A stretch of 64,000 bases of DNA, from NCBI GenBank assembly GCA_021801565.1, contig JAJYXV010000003.1:132894-196893 (forward strand), read 5' to 3'. The notes below the pieces were generated by a model that searched no databases, was not told the DNA's origin, and worked only from the letters and a program-made list of their open reading frames with translations. This DNA comes from a bacterium. GTDB taxonomy: Bacteria > Patescibacteriota > Minisyncoccia > UBA6257 > GWB1-50-10. The number at the start of each line of letters is the position of its first letter. Position 1 is the first letter of the stretch. Positions 20,092-29,101 of the stretch are shown here, piece after piece. The position numbers and the translations under genes were made by a program.

Positions 20092-20169
20092 TTATGGAAT
20101 ACATAACAAAACAATTAGTCGTAACGAAGCCTACTGTAGATTGCTTGATTGCGATCTATTTCTAACAGG

Positions 20170-20640
20170 ATGAGAAAAAGGGGAAGTTACAAAAAAAATG
20201 AAGTGAGCGGAGATTGGATGCATGAACGCATCGATATGTCGCGTTTTGTCAACTATTTAATGACAAATGGAAAAAAATCCGTTGCGGAAAAAGTGTTTTA
20301 TGATGCACTTGATGAGGTAAAAAATATTACTAAAGGCAATTCAGTAGAGATTTTTGAAAAAGCAATTATGAATGCATCGCCGCTTCTCGAGGTGGTGTCG
20401 AAACGTGTGGGAGGCGCGAATTATCAAGTTCCCCGTGAAGTGAGGCCAGAGAGAAAATTTTTTCTTGCATCGCATTGGATTATTGATACCGCAAAAAAGA
20501 AGAAGGGAGCACCGATGGCAAAACGTCTTGCCGAAGAGTTAATTGCAGCTTCAAAGAACGAGGGTGCCGCGATTAAGAAGAAACAGGATATGCATCGAAT
20601 GGCGGAAGCGAACCGTGCATTTGCAAGTTATGTAAGGTAG
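20170..20640 (+). CDS. rpsG: ribosomal protein uS7
   Basis: NYLMTNGKKSVAEKVFYDAL...LLEVVSKRVGGANYQVPREVRPERK is present. An alternative start lies at 20149. Confidence 0.88.
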   Translation: MRKRGSYKKNEVSGDWMHERIDMSRFVNYLMTNGKKSVAEKVFYDALDEVKNITKGNSVEIFEKAIMNASPLLEVVSKRVGGANYQVPREVRPERKFFLASHWIIDTAKKKKGAPMAKRLAEELIAASKNEGAAIKKKQDMHRMAEANRAFASYVR

Positions 20641-20715
20641 ACTACGAAATACGAATTTTGTACAAATGTACGAAATCTGTTTTTGTGTATTTATATTTAA
20701 TTAAAGAAAAATTTT

Positions 20716-22827
20716 ATGCCTAGACAATATCCAATGGAACGAGTTCGTGATATCGGAATTATCGCTCATATTGATGCAGGAAAAACCACTGTGTCTGAGC
20801 GTGTTCTTTTTTATACCGGAATTTCTCATAAAATCGGAGAGGTGCATGAGGGAGAGGCTATTATGGATTGGATGGATCAAGAACGGGAACGGGGAATCAC
20901 GATTACTGCTGCAGCAACCACATGTTTTTGGACTCCAACATATATCGATCACTCGTCTCCTGAGGCAAAGAAAAATGAATATCGGATTAATCTTATTGAT
21001 ACCCCTGGGCACATTGATTTTACCGTCGAGGTGAAGCGATCACTTCGTGTACTTGATGGAGCGGTTGTAGTGTTTGATGGAGTAGCGGGTGTTGAACCGC
21101 AGTCAGAAACAAACTGGCGCTATGCCGACGAATACAATGTCCCGCGTCTTTGTTTTATTAATAAACTTGATCGTATGGGTGCGAGCTTTGAAAGAAGTTT
21201 TGCTTCAATCATTGATCGGCTTACTCCGAATGCAGTTGCAATTCAGCTTCCTATCGGAAGCGAGGAGGCGTTTTCAGGCGTCATTGATTTATTTGATAAG
21301 AAAACATATCGATTTGAAGGTGAACGCGGAGAAAAGGTGGTTTCTGAGGAGGTACCAGAGCAGATGAAGGAGCTCGTCGAAAAAAAGCGACACGAACTTG
21401 TTGAGAAAATTGCAGAAACCGATGACCAATTGATCAGCGATTATTTGGAAGGAAAGGAAATTTCTGTTTCTGCATTGAAGAAAGCGCTTCGCGCGGCAAC
21501 ACTTGCAGGGAAATTAGTTCCTGTACTTGTTGGTTCTGCTCTTAAAAACAAGGGAGTGCAACTTGTTCTTGATGCAGTTGTTGAATATCTTCCATCACCG
21601 CTCGATAAACCTCCAGTGAAGGGATTAAACCAAAAACACGAAGAAGTTCAGATTGTTGCAAAAGATGATGCACCGCTTTCTGCGCTTGCGTTTAAAATTG
21701 CAGCTGATCCGTTTGTAGGAACACTTTCGTTTTTCAGAGTGTATTCAGGAGTATTAAAACGTGGAAGTTATATTTTGAATGCGTCAAAAAATACACAAGA
21801 ACGCGTTGGACGTATTGTTCGTATGCATGCAAATCACAGAGAAGAGGTGGAAGAAATTTATGCGGGAGACTTAGGAGCTCTTGTTGGATTGAAAAATACA
21901 GGAACGGGGGATTCATTATCCGATCCGGAAACTCCAATTATTCTTGAAAAAATTACGTTTCCAGAACCGGTTATTTCAATTCGTATTGAACCGAAAACAA
22001 AAGCTGATCAAGAAAAAATGGGTCTTGCACTTCGCCGTCTTGCAGATGAAGATCCGACATTTCGTGTGAGCGGAAATGATTCGGGAGAAACAATTATTGA
22101 AGGTATGGGCGAACTCCATTTAGAGGTGCTTGTTGAACGCATGAAGCGTGAGTTTAGTGTGGAATCAAATGTCGGTCGTCCGCAGGTTGCGTATAAGGAG
22201 ACAATAAAAAATTCTGCAAAGGGAGAAGGGAAATATATTCGCCAGTCGGGTGGACGTGGTCAATATGGTCATGTGAGATTGGAAGTTGAACCGTTGGAAC
22301 GTGGCCAGGGATTTGAATTTGTTGACGCAATTAAAGGAGGGGTCATTCCTCAGGAATTTATCGCTCCTATCGAAAAAGGGGTAAAGGAAGCGATTACAAA
22401 AGGCGTGCTTGCAGGATATCCGGTGACCGATGTAAAAGTGACACTGTATGATGGATCATTCCATGAAGTTGATTCATCTGAGATTGCATTCCAAATTGCA
22501 GGTGCAATGGCGTTCCAAGAAGCTGCAAAACTTGGGAAGTTGGTATTGCTTGAGCCGATCATGAAAATACAGACAATTGCTCCAGGAGAATTTTTGGGAG
22601 ATATCACGGGTGATTTAAGTTCAAAGCGTGCAAAAATTAATGAAATGGGAGAACGGGGCACTGCACGTTTGGTGGATGCTGAAGTACCACTTTCAGAAAT
22701 GTTTGGATATGTGACAAAACTTCGCTCAATGACGCAGGGAAGAGGGTCATTCACTATGGAATTCAGCCATTATGCGGAGGTTCCGGGAAATGTTGCTCAA
22801 CTTATTATTGAAGGGAAAAAGAAATAA
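20716..22827 (+). CDS. fusA: elongation factor G
   Basis: G1 (AHIDAGKTT), G3 (DTPGHIDF), NKLD and the full EF-G domain order are present. rpsL-rpsG-fusA is the str operon order. Confidence 0.97.
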   Translation: MPRQYPMERVRDIGIIAHIDAGKTTVSERVLFYTGISHKIGEVHEGEAIMDWMDQERERGITITAAATTCFWTPTYIDHSSPEAKKNEYRINLIDTPGHIDFTVEVKRSLRVLDGAVVVFDGVAGVEPQSETNWRYADEYNVPRLCFINKLDRMGASFERSFASIIDRLTPNAVAIQLPIGSEEAFSGVIDLFDKKTYRFEGERGEKVVSEEVPEQMKELVEKKRHELVEKIAETDDQLISDYLEGKEISVSALKKALRAATLAGKLVPVLVGSALKNKGVQLVLDAVVEYLPSPLDKPPVKGLNQKHEEVQIVAKDDAPLSALAFKIAADPFVGTLSFFRVYSGVLKRGSYILNASKNTQERVGRIVRMHANHREEVEEIYAGDLGALVGLKNTGTGDSLSDPETPIILEKITFPEPVISIRIEPKTKADQEKMGLALRRLADEDPTFRVSGNDSGETIIEGMGELHLEVLVERMKREFSVESNVGRPQVAYKETIKNSAKGEGKYIRQSGGRGQYGHVRLEVEPLERGQGFEFVDAIKGGVIPQEFIAPIEKGVKEAITKGVLAGYPVTDVKVTLYDGSFHEVDSSEIAFQIAGAMAFQEAAKLGKLVLLEPIMKIQTIAPGEFLGDITGDLSSKRAKINEMGERGTARLVDAEVPLSEMFGYVTKLRSMTQGRGSFTMEFSHYAEVPGNVAQLIIEGKKK

Positions 22828-22925
22828 GCGTTTTTCTCACTCTGTTTTGTTATATTTTGAAAACGCGAAACCCCGCATTAAAAGTGTCACAAAACTACAC
22901 TCAAGGACGGACTTTATACGCTTTT

Positions 22926-22958
22926 CGGTTCGGGGTAGATAGCACCGAACTTTTTATT
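22926..22958 (+). terminator. hairpin ggttcgg-N11-ccgaac followed by TTTTTATT after fusA
   Basis: Seen directly. Confidence 0.45.
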
Positions 22959-22993
22959 ATATAATCAGATGCGGAGAGGATAGTTTTTATAGT

Positions 22994-23278
22994 ATGAAGA
23001 TTCTTAAACTTTTTCTTTTCTTGATTGTATTTGGTATTCTTGTGTGGGGATTTTATCGCCTAAGGGGGGAGCGAGAAACGCTTGTGGAAGAGGTAAAAAA
23101 ACTTCAAGAAACCACTGACTCATTAAAAAAAGAAAACTCATCTTTGGTTGAAAAAATTGAATATTTAAAAAATCCTGAAAATTTAATGAAAGAATTGCGA
23201 GCGCAATTGAACTATAAAAAACAGGGGGAGAATATGATTATTGTGATCCCTCCAAAGACGACAAGCACGGCACCATAG
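22994..23278 (+). CDS. FtsB/DivIC-like septum-formation initiator (TM helix + coiled coil)
   Basis: 94 aa. An N-terminal TM is followed by a heptad-rich segment and a C-terminal LRAQLNYKKQGENMIIVIPP that resembles the FtsB C-terminus. Confidence 0.5.
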   Translation: MKILKLFLFLIVFGILVWGFYRLRGERETLVEEVKKLQETTDSLKKENSSLVEKIEYLKNPENLMKELRAQLNYKKQGENMIIVIPPKTTSTAP

Positions 23279-23503
23279 GAGAAATTCTAAATCCTAATTA
23301 CTAATTTCTAAATAATATTAAAATTCAAAAATACAAATTTAAAAAATAAACAAAGAGACTTTGCGGGCTTGCCCGCCGAAGTTTTCTGAAACGAAGGCGG
23401 GATTGGTTCGGTGCCCGCCCAAAACTTTGTGTTAAGGCGGGTCCGCAAAAATGTCGACATTGTCGCTTTTGGCGGAGTAGAATTTGCGTGATACAATACA
23501 AAA

Positions 23504-23764
23504 ATGTATTACACATATGTTCTTTTGTGTAAAGGTAAGGATAGAGAAAAGATGTATTTTGGATTTACAGGGGATTTAAAGTTAAGAATAGGACAATATC
23601 GAAAAAAAATGGTAAAAACTACAAGGAGTTTTAATGAGATTGAACTTATCTATTACGAATCGTGTAGAAATAAAACGGACGCAAGAAAGAGAGAAATTCA
23701 ACTAAAAACGGGATTTGGACGGGGTTATTTAAAAAGAAGGTTAGAAAATGATATTAAAAATTAA
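23504..23764 (+). CDS. small GIY-YIG nuclease family protein (COG2827/YhbQ-like), copy 1
   Basis: MYYTYVLL..KMYFGFTGDLKLRIGQYRKK carries the GIY-YIG motifs. It ends 4 nt before tRNA-Gly. Confidence 0.75.
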   Translation: MYYTYVLLCKGKDREKMYFGFTGDLKLRIGQYRKKMVKTTRSFNEIELIYYESCRNKTDARKREIQLKTGFGRGYLKRRLENDIKN

Positions 23765-23768
23765 TTTT

Positions 23769-23839
23769 GCGGGTATGGTTTAGTGGTAGAATGCGACCTT
23801 CCCAAGGTTGAGACAGGAGTTCGATTCTCCTTACCCGCA
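23769..23839 (+). tRNA. tRNA-Gly (anticodon CCC)
   Basis: The acceptor stem is gcgggta/tacccgc and the T-arm aggag-ttcgatt-ctcct. The anticodon loop ttCCCaa has stem cgacc/ggttg. Confidence 0.8.
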
Positions 23840-23867
23840 CACAAAAAGCGACAGAAATATACAATAA

Positions 23868-24224
23868 GTGGTGTATATGTTTTCAAAAAAGAATTTTCAA
23901 GATATTCCCATAGAAGGGACATCTCATATATCTGGTTCACGAAAAATAATTACTGCAAAAGAAGAGACAACTTCCAAGTATTTTGAAGCACATACTTACG
24001 GTTATTTACCATCTGGTGTGAAATGGGAAATGCACGAACATGATAATATTGTTGAAATTTGCGTTGTCACAAAAGGTAGGGGAATAATCAGAGATTTTCA
24101 AGGCAACGAGGAAATTTTTGTTGTGGGAGATAGGTTTATATTTCCCCCTAACACAAAACACGAGATCGAAAATAATTCGACTGAAGAAGCTGAATTTTAC
24201 TTTTTTAGATTCAAAGATCAGTAA
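23868..24224 (+). CDS. cupin-domain protein
   Basis: HEHDNIVEICVVTKGRG...GDRFIFPPNTKHEIEN follows the cupin two-motif pattern. Confidence 0.5.
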   Translation: MVYMFSKKNFQDIPIEGTSHISGSRKIITAKEETTSKYFEAHTYGYLPSGVKWEMHEHDNIVEICVVTKGRGIIRDFQGNEEIFVVGDRFIFPPNTKHEIENNSTEEAEFYFFRFKDQ

Positions 24225-24304
24225 AGCTTTTTAAATTTACACGGGCTCTTAGGGCGTTTAATTAAAATAACGTACAATTATCTGCACAAAAAAAAACGCG
24301 ATAA

Positions 24305-24517
24305 TTATCGCGTCTTTTTTGATGAAAACAAATCACAGAAAAAGTCAGAGATTTTAAGAATTATTTTGATTGCGGGAATACATATTTTTTCCCCAATTTT
24401 TTCTCCCAGTGTTTGTTCGTGGAATCGAAAGGGAATGGGATATCCGCCGTTGACTCTTATAATTGCATCGTTTGCCAGATCTTCTAACAGTGCATCCATT
24501 TCTCTTGAGATTTCCAT
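24305..24517 (-). CDS. hypothetical protein (ORF continues in-frame into the MITE; true start uncertain)
   Basis: The ORF 24305-24676 runs into the inserted MITE. The Met at 24517 is the first start outside it. Confidence 0.25.
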   Translation of the reverse strand: MEISREMDALLEDLANDAIIRVNGGYPIPFRFHEQTLGEKIGEKICIPAIKIILKISDFFCDLFSSKKTR

Positions 24518-24567
24518 AAATCCTCCGCCTATTTTTATATTACTTTCTTCTTTATACCTCTTTATGT

Positions 24568-24747
24568 AAATGACCTCCTCCCCGGACTCCACTTTGTTGC
24601 GTCCGGGGTTTCCTTTTGATGGCACGCTTTGCGTGAGACGGCGGTATTCGCTTCGCGAAACCATATAAGGTTCCATTCATCCCCGCACTCTGGCGGCTCC
24701 GTCAGTGGATGACGCCGCCGCCGTGCGTGGTTTCCTGGTAATTAAAA
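24568..24747 (-). mobile_element. MITE (PATE-like) derived from the IS200/IS605 element: left and right hairpin ends with no tnpA
   Basis: 24568-24617 is identical to 13496-13545 (aatgacctcctccccggactccactttgttgcgtccggggtttcctttt). 24672-24747 matches the other IS end (ttccattcatccccgcac...gtttcctggtaattaaaaa). Confidence 0.75.
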
Positions 24748-24748
24748 A

Positions 24749-24776
24749 GCGCAACGATTTTGTTGCGCTTTTTTTA
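24749..24776 (+). terminator. hairpin gcgcaac-gatttt-gttgcgc followed by T7, immediately flanking the MITE
   Basis: Seen directly. It probably terminates the convergent OMP-like gene on the minus strand. Confidence 0.5.
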
Positions 24777-24779
24777 TCT

Positions 24780-25433
24780 TTAAAACGTTAATACCGCTTC
24801 AATTCGGGTTGTGAGCTTATATCGCTCACGGGAATCTTTTTGTCCGGTAGTCATGACCCTTCCTAGAATATCAATATTTTTAGTGGGCGAGACCTGAACA
24901 ACAACTCCATAACCATAGTCCGACTCAGCTGTTAATCCTCCGGCAAACCAGTAATTTTTTTCGATGTAATATAAGAGGTCACCTCGTCCGGAAATTGCAT
25001 CCGCAGCATATAGAAATCCACGGAGTTCGAAATTATCAGACGGAGCATAATATGTTCTCATCTGGAATTCAGCAACAGTTTCTTTTTGAGCCCTATCATT
25101 TGTGAAGTATTTAGGCCCAACAAGAAAATCGAACGTAGCATTTTGCAAGAACAATGATACACCACCAGCGACAGATGCAGAAGAGTCGCCAATTACGCGT
25201 CCGCTGGCGATCAGTCCCAACTTGCTATTCTCATGCTTGTAACGCATGAGAAAATTTAATTCAGTATATTTTTTATTATCCATTCGGTCGTAGTCAATTT
25301 GGTTGACCTGACCTCCACGGAAACTCCAACTAAGACGGCCATTATTGCATCCTTTCTGCCCATTCGTTTGAGGACAAAAGATAGTTACTATCATCGAAAC
25401 TACTAGAAAAATGAAAAAAGTTTTCTTTTTCAT
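24780..25433 (-). CDS. secreted beta-barrel outer-membrane-protein-like protein (signal peptide, amphipathic beta-strands, C-terminal Phe)
   Basis: 217 aa with a signal peptide (MKKKTFFIFLVVSMIVTIFCPQ). Alternating hydrophobic strands such as YGYGVVVQVS and YKLTTRIEAVLTF are present. The last residue is Phe, the OMP C-terminal signature. Confidence 0.45.
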   Translation of the reverse strand: MKKKTFFIFLVVSMIVTIFCPQTNGQKGCNNGRLSWSFRGGQVNQIDYDRMDNKKYTELNFLMRYKHENSKLGLIASGRVIGDSSASVAGGVSLFLQNATFDFLVGPKYFTNDRAQKETVAEFQMRTYYAPSDNFELRGFLYAADAISGRGDLLYYIEKNYWFAGGLTAESDYGYGVVVQVSPTKNIDILGRVMTTGQKDSRERYKLTTRIEAVLTF

Positions 25434-25574
25434 CGCACCTCTCCTTGTAAAAGGTTAGTTAATTTGCTGAATGTATTTTATCATCAATTTGTGGTTGAGT
25501 CAACTTCACACATTTTATAAAAGTGCAGAATAAATTTTCGCTTGTCATAAGTAATAATACATATAGAATAGAGA

Positions 25575-26633
25575 ATGCTTATGGAATTTGGATTTTGGAA
25601 AAAACTTCGCCCCGTTAGAAATAATTTATATGGCGACAAAAAAATTTCTAACGGGGTAAAAAAACCTTTTTTTGCGATTGCGCCAATGGCAGATGTAACT
25701 GACATTGCATTTCGGGAGACTATTGCAAAATATGGAGCTCCCGATGTGTTTTGGACCGAGTTTGTTTCATGCGATGGGTTGTGTTCGCACGGAAAAGAGA
25801 AGTTATTGATTGATCTGAAATATACAAAAAAACAAAAACCGATTGTGGCACAACTTTTTGGCGCAATGCCGAAACATTTTTATGAATGTGCGTTGCTCGC
25901 GCAAAAACTTGGATTTGATGGTATTGATATTAATATGGGATGTCCTGATCGCGCAGTGGAAAAACAAGGAGCTGGCGCAGCACTTATGAAAAATCCGAAA
26001 CTTGCGCAGGAAATTATTAAAGAAACAAAACGCGGTGCAGGAAAATTACCGGTGTCGGTGAAAACGCGTCTTGGATATAACAAGGATATGATGGAGGATT
26101 GGCTTCCGTATATTTTTGAAATGGAGCCTGCGGTGATTACGGTGCATGGTCGAACACGAAAAGAGATGTCGAGAGTTCCTACGCGGTGGAACAGAATCAC
26201 TGACGCAGTTTTCTTACGCGATGGGTATTTTTCTCATGGAGAAGAAAAACCGCTTATTATCGGGAATGGGGATATTTTGAGTGTCGAGGATGGGCTAGAA
26301 AAGGCAAAAGAATCGGGAGTCGATGGAATTATGGTGGGAAGAGGAATATTCGGAAATCCATTCTTTTTTGCAAAAAACAGAAAAGAAGTTCTTTTGAAAA
26401 AACGATTATCGGTAATGCTCGAACATGTCCGTCTCTTTGAAAAGTATTTTGGAAATTCAAATATCCATCGCTCTACATCGCTCAAAAACTTTGATAATAT
26501 GAAGAAGCATTTTAAAGCGTACGTTTCTGGCTTTGATAACGCGAAAGAATTGCGAATAAAACTTATGAGTACGAAAAGTGCGAATGAGGTGGAAGATGTT
26601 ATGGATGAATGGTCTAAATTAAATAAAATTTAG
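25575..26633 (+). CDS. tRNA-dihydrouridine synthase
   Basis: FFAIAPMADVTDIAFR, GFDGIDINMGCP and the VSVKTRLGY TIM-barrel flavoenzyme motifs of the Dus family are present. Confidence 0.85.
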   Translation: MLMEFGFWKKLRPVRNNLYGDKKISNGVKKPFFAIAPMADVTDIAFRETIAKYGAPDVFWTEFVSCDGLCSHGKEKLLIDLKYTKKQKPIVAQLFGAMPKHFYECALLAQKLGFDGIDINMGCPDRAVEKQGAGAALMKNPKLAQEIIKETKRGAGKLPVSVKTRLGYNKDMMEDWLPYIFEMEPAVITVHGRTRKEMSRVPTRWNRITDAVFLRDGYFSHGEEKPLIIGNGDILSVEDGLEKAKESGVDGIMVGRGIFGNPFFFAKNRKEVLLKKRLSVMLEHVRLFEKYFGNSNIHRSTSLKNFDNMKKHFKAYVSGFDNAKELRIKLMSTKSANEVEDVMDEWSKLNKI

Positions 26634-26742
26634 ACAGCAGATTTCCATGTACTTTCCCATTTTATAGGTGGTCTTGTGCTATTGACATATTATCATGTAT
26701 ATGTTACACTTGAAAGCAGAACATAAATAAAAAGGAAAAAAT

Positions 26743-27069
26743 ATGTTGCAATTTTTGCAATTGTTTTTTGTATCGTTGTTTTCTTTTGTTGTTGCGCTCG
26801 CATCATTTATTTTCATGTTGGGTGCGGGAAGAATTACGCGACAGATTGCATTCGGTATTTCATTGTTGTTTGGCGGCATGACATTCGTTTACGCCGCGCA
26901 TGCAAATGAGATATTGCATTCTGCAGTTGTCGTTCATTCTTCTTCGTCAATATTTGCTGGAGACATCCTTAGTTTTACCGTTCATGTGTTGTTTTGGGGC
27001 GGCATTGGGATAGTTCTCTGTCTTTTACTATCAGCATTTCAGTGGACACGCGCAAGGTTAATTAACTAA
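26743..27069 (+). CDS. hypothetical small membrane protein
   Basis: 108 aa with 3 hydrophobic helices. Confidence 0.35.
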   Translation: MLQFLQLFFVSLFSFVVALASFIFMLGAGRITRQIAFGISLLFGGMTFVYAAHANEILHSAVVVHSSSSIFAGDILSFTVHVLFWGGIGIVLCLLLSAFQWTRARLIN

Positions 27070-27137
27070 ATAATCAAAAACAAAAGGAATCGGATACGTA
27101 CATATCTCTACAGGGTTGGCAAACCTCTCGTGAGATC

Positions 27138-27389
27138 GTGGAACATGATGGCAAGTTATATTTTGAGGTGGCAGAACAAGGTCATTGCAGTACTTGCCAG
27201 TCACGAATTAGTCATGTTTATGCCGTGGTATCGCGCAAAAAATTGCAAGTTACCTATGGACATTTACTTGACCGGTTTCCACGTGATGCACGCACCCTTT
27301 GGGTGGGTCTAGAGAAGCCGAAAGCCGAGATGAGTAGCGAGGAGATTAAAACTCTCTTTCGGGAAAATCTTGAACTTCCTATTCTTTAA
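27138..27389 (+). CDS. hypothetical protein
   Basis: ORF only. Confidence 0.2.
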   Translation: MEHDGKLYFEVAEQGHCSTCQSRISHVYAVVSRKKLQVTYGHLLDRFPRDARTLWVGLEKPKAEMSSEEIKTLFRENLELPIL

Positions 27390-27514
27390 ATCTTAGGCAC
27401 GTCAATGGAAAAATCCAAACAAAACATAATTTAGGTTATGTCTCTGGTTAGGTGGGAAGCCTTCCCGCCTGAAACTGAAAACTGCTGAGAAGTAGACAAA
27501 AAGGAAAAGATTTA

Positions 27515-27550
27515 GATCGCCATTGTACATTGCTTGGCGGTCTTTTTATT
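27515..27550 (+). terminator. hairpin gatcgcc-N-ggcggtc followed by a T-run
   Basis: Seen directly. Confidence 0.4.
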
Positions 27551-27602
27551 TTATGTTTTCATGTTTTTGTGTATGATGTAATACGGTTAGAGTATTAACT
27601 TT

Positions 27603-28793
27603 ATGAGACGTTTATTGAAACAACATTTTGGATTTCACTCGTTTCTTCCATATCAGGAGGATATTATTGCCGATATTCTCCAGAAGAAAGATGTCATTGC
27701 GGTACTTCCCACGGGTGCAGGGAAATCATTGTGTTATCAACTTCCCGCACTTGAACTTCCCGGGGTGACATTGGTGGTGTCTCCGCTTATTTCACTTATG
27801 AAGGATCAGGTAAATTCACTTGAAGGGAAGAATATTCCCGCGGCATACTTGAATAGTAGTCTTGGGGTGAAAGAAACAAGGCAAATAAAGGAGGATGTAC
27901 TGAGTGGAAAAGTAAAGTTGTTATATGTCGCTCCCGAGCGTTTGGTGAAAGATGGATTTTTAGACTTTCTTCTTGATTGCGGCATTTCACTTATTGCGAT
28001 TGACGAGGCGCATTGTATTTCCGAATGGGGACATGATTTTCGTCCTGAGTATCGAAAACTTGGAATGCTTCGTGAAAAATTTCCTGGAGTTCCTATTGTT
28101 GCACTTACCGCGACTGCAACACGAAAAGTAAGAGATGATATAAAAATGCAATTGAAATTTAAGGAAGGGATGTACGGCGAACACCGCGCAAGTTTTAATA
28201 GAGAGAATCTTAATTATATTATTCGTCCGAAGGATAATGCATATTATTACATTCAGGCATATGTGGAGGATCACCCGAACCACTCGGGAATTATTTATTG
28301 TCACAGTAGAAAGTCAGTTGAGCGCATGGCAGAAGATCTGGTAATGGATGGAATTGAAGCGGCACCGTATCACGCTGGACTTCCACAAAAAGAGCGTACG
28401 GAAAATCAGGAAAAATTTCAAAAGGGAAAACTGCGGATTATTGTAGCCACGATTGCATTTGGAATGGGTATTGATAAACCAAATGTGCGTTTTGTGATTC
28501 ACTATGATATTCCAAAAAATCTTGAGGGGTATTATCAAGAAACGGGGCGTGCGGGAAGAGACGGGTTACCGTCGGATTGTATATTGTTTTTTGGATATGG
28601 TGATAAGATGAAACATGAATTTTTTATTCGGCAGAGTAAGAACGAGCAACGCGCAACAATTGCTCAGTATCAGCTTGATAGAATGGTTGAATTTTGCACA
28701 TCGGGGGAATGTAGAAGAAAAACACTTCTTGCATATTTTGGTGAGGCATATCCAAATGAGAATTGCGGGATGTGTGATATATGTAACTATTAA
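27603..28793 (+). CDS. recQ: RecQ-family DNA helicase (short form: helicase core + Zn-binding, no HRDC)
   Basis: Motif I (LPTGAGKS), DEAH (IAIDEAHCISEWGHDFRPEY), motif VI (QETGRAGRDG) and a C-terminal Cys cluster (CRRKTLL...CGMCDIC) are present. Confidence 0.9.
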   Translation: MRRLLKQHFGFHSFLPYQEDIIADILQKKDVIAVLPTGAGKSLCYQLPALELPGVTLVVSPLISLMKDQVNSLEGKNIPAAYLNSSLGVKETRQIKEDVLSGKVKLLYVAPERLVKDGFLDFLLDCGISLIAIDEAHCISEWGHDFRPEYRKLGMLREKFPGVPIVALTATATRKVRDDIKMQLKFKEGMYGEHRASFNRENLNYIIRPKDNAYYYIQAYVEDHPNHSGIIYCHSRKSVERMAEDLVMDGIEAAPYHAGLPQKERTENQEKFQKGKLRIIVATIAFGMGIDKPNVRFVIHYDIPKNLEGYYQETGRAGRDGLPSDCILFFGYGDKMKHEFFIRQSKNEQRATIAQYQLDRMVEFCTSGECRRKTLLAYFGEAYPNENCGMCDICNY

Positions 28794-28814
28794 CTTTAAG
28801 CAAATATATTTATC

Positions 28815-28840
28815 AGGCACTATGACATGTCATAGTGCCT
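28815..28840 (+). terminator. 26-bp perfect palindrome aggcactatgacatgtcatagtgcct followed by a T-rich tract (recQ terminator; member of a recurring palindrome family)
   Basis: Seen directly. Related copies lie at 14319-14334 and 36359-36380. Confidence 0.5.
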
Positions 28841-29101
28841 AAGTTTATGTTTTTATTAAGATCATTTACCCATTCGTACGAATTAGTCCATAAGGAATTT
28901 AACATTTTTGTGGGTTTGTAAACTGTTCATTGGGAAAATAGGTGGTAAAATAGAAATATGAACAAATCACGGAAAGTAGCAAAAAAGAAACACGCAAAAA
29001 AACAGGGAAAAAAGGTTTCGGTGCGTTATCGATAATCCATAACTTGTCCCGTAAGAGTTTTACGTCGCAATAAATAACGGCATTTTCTTATTTTTAATAA
29101 T

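Noticed and set aside
24305-24676. Full 123-aa minus-strand ORF as a gene.
   Set aside because: Its first 36 codons are encoded by the inserted MITE. It was reported only as a possible shorter gene from the Met at 24517.
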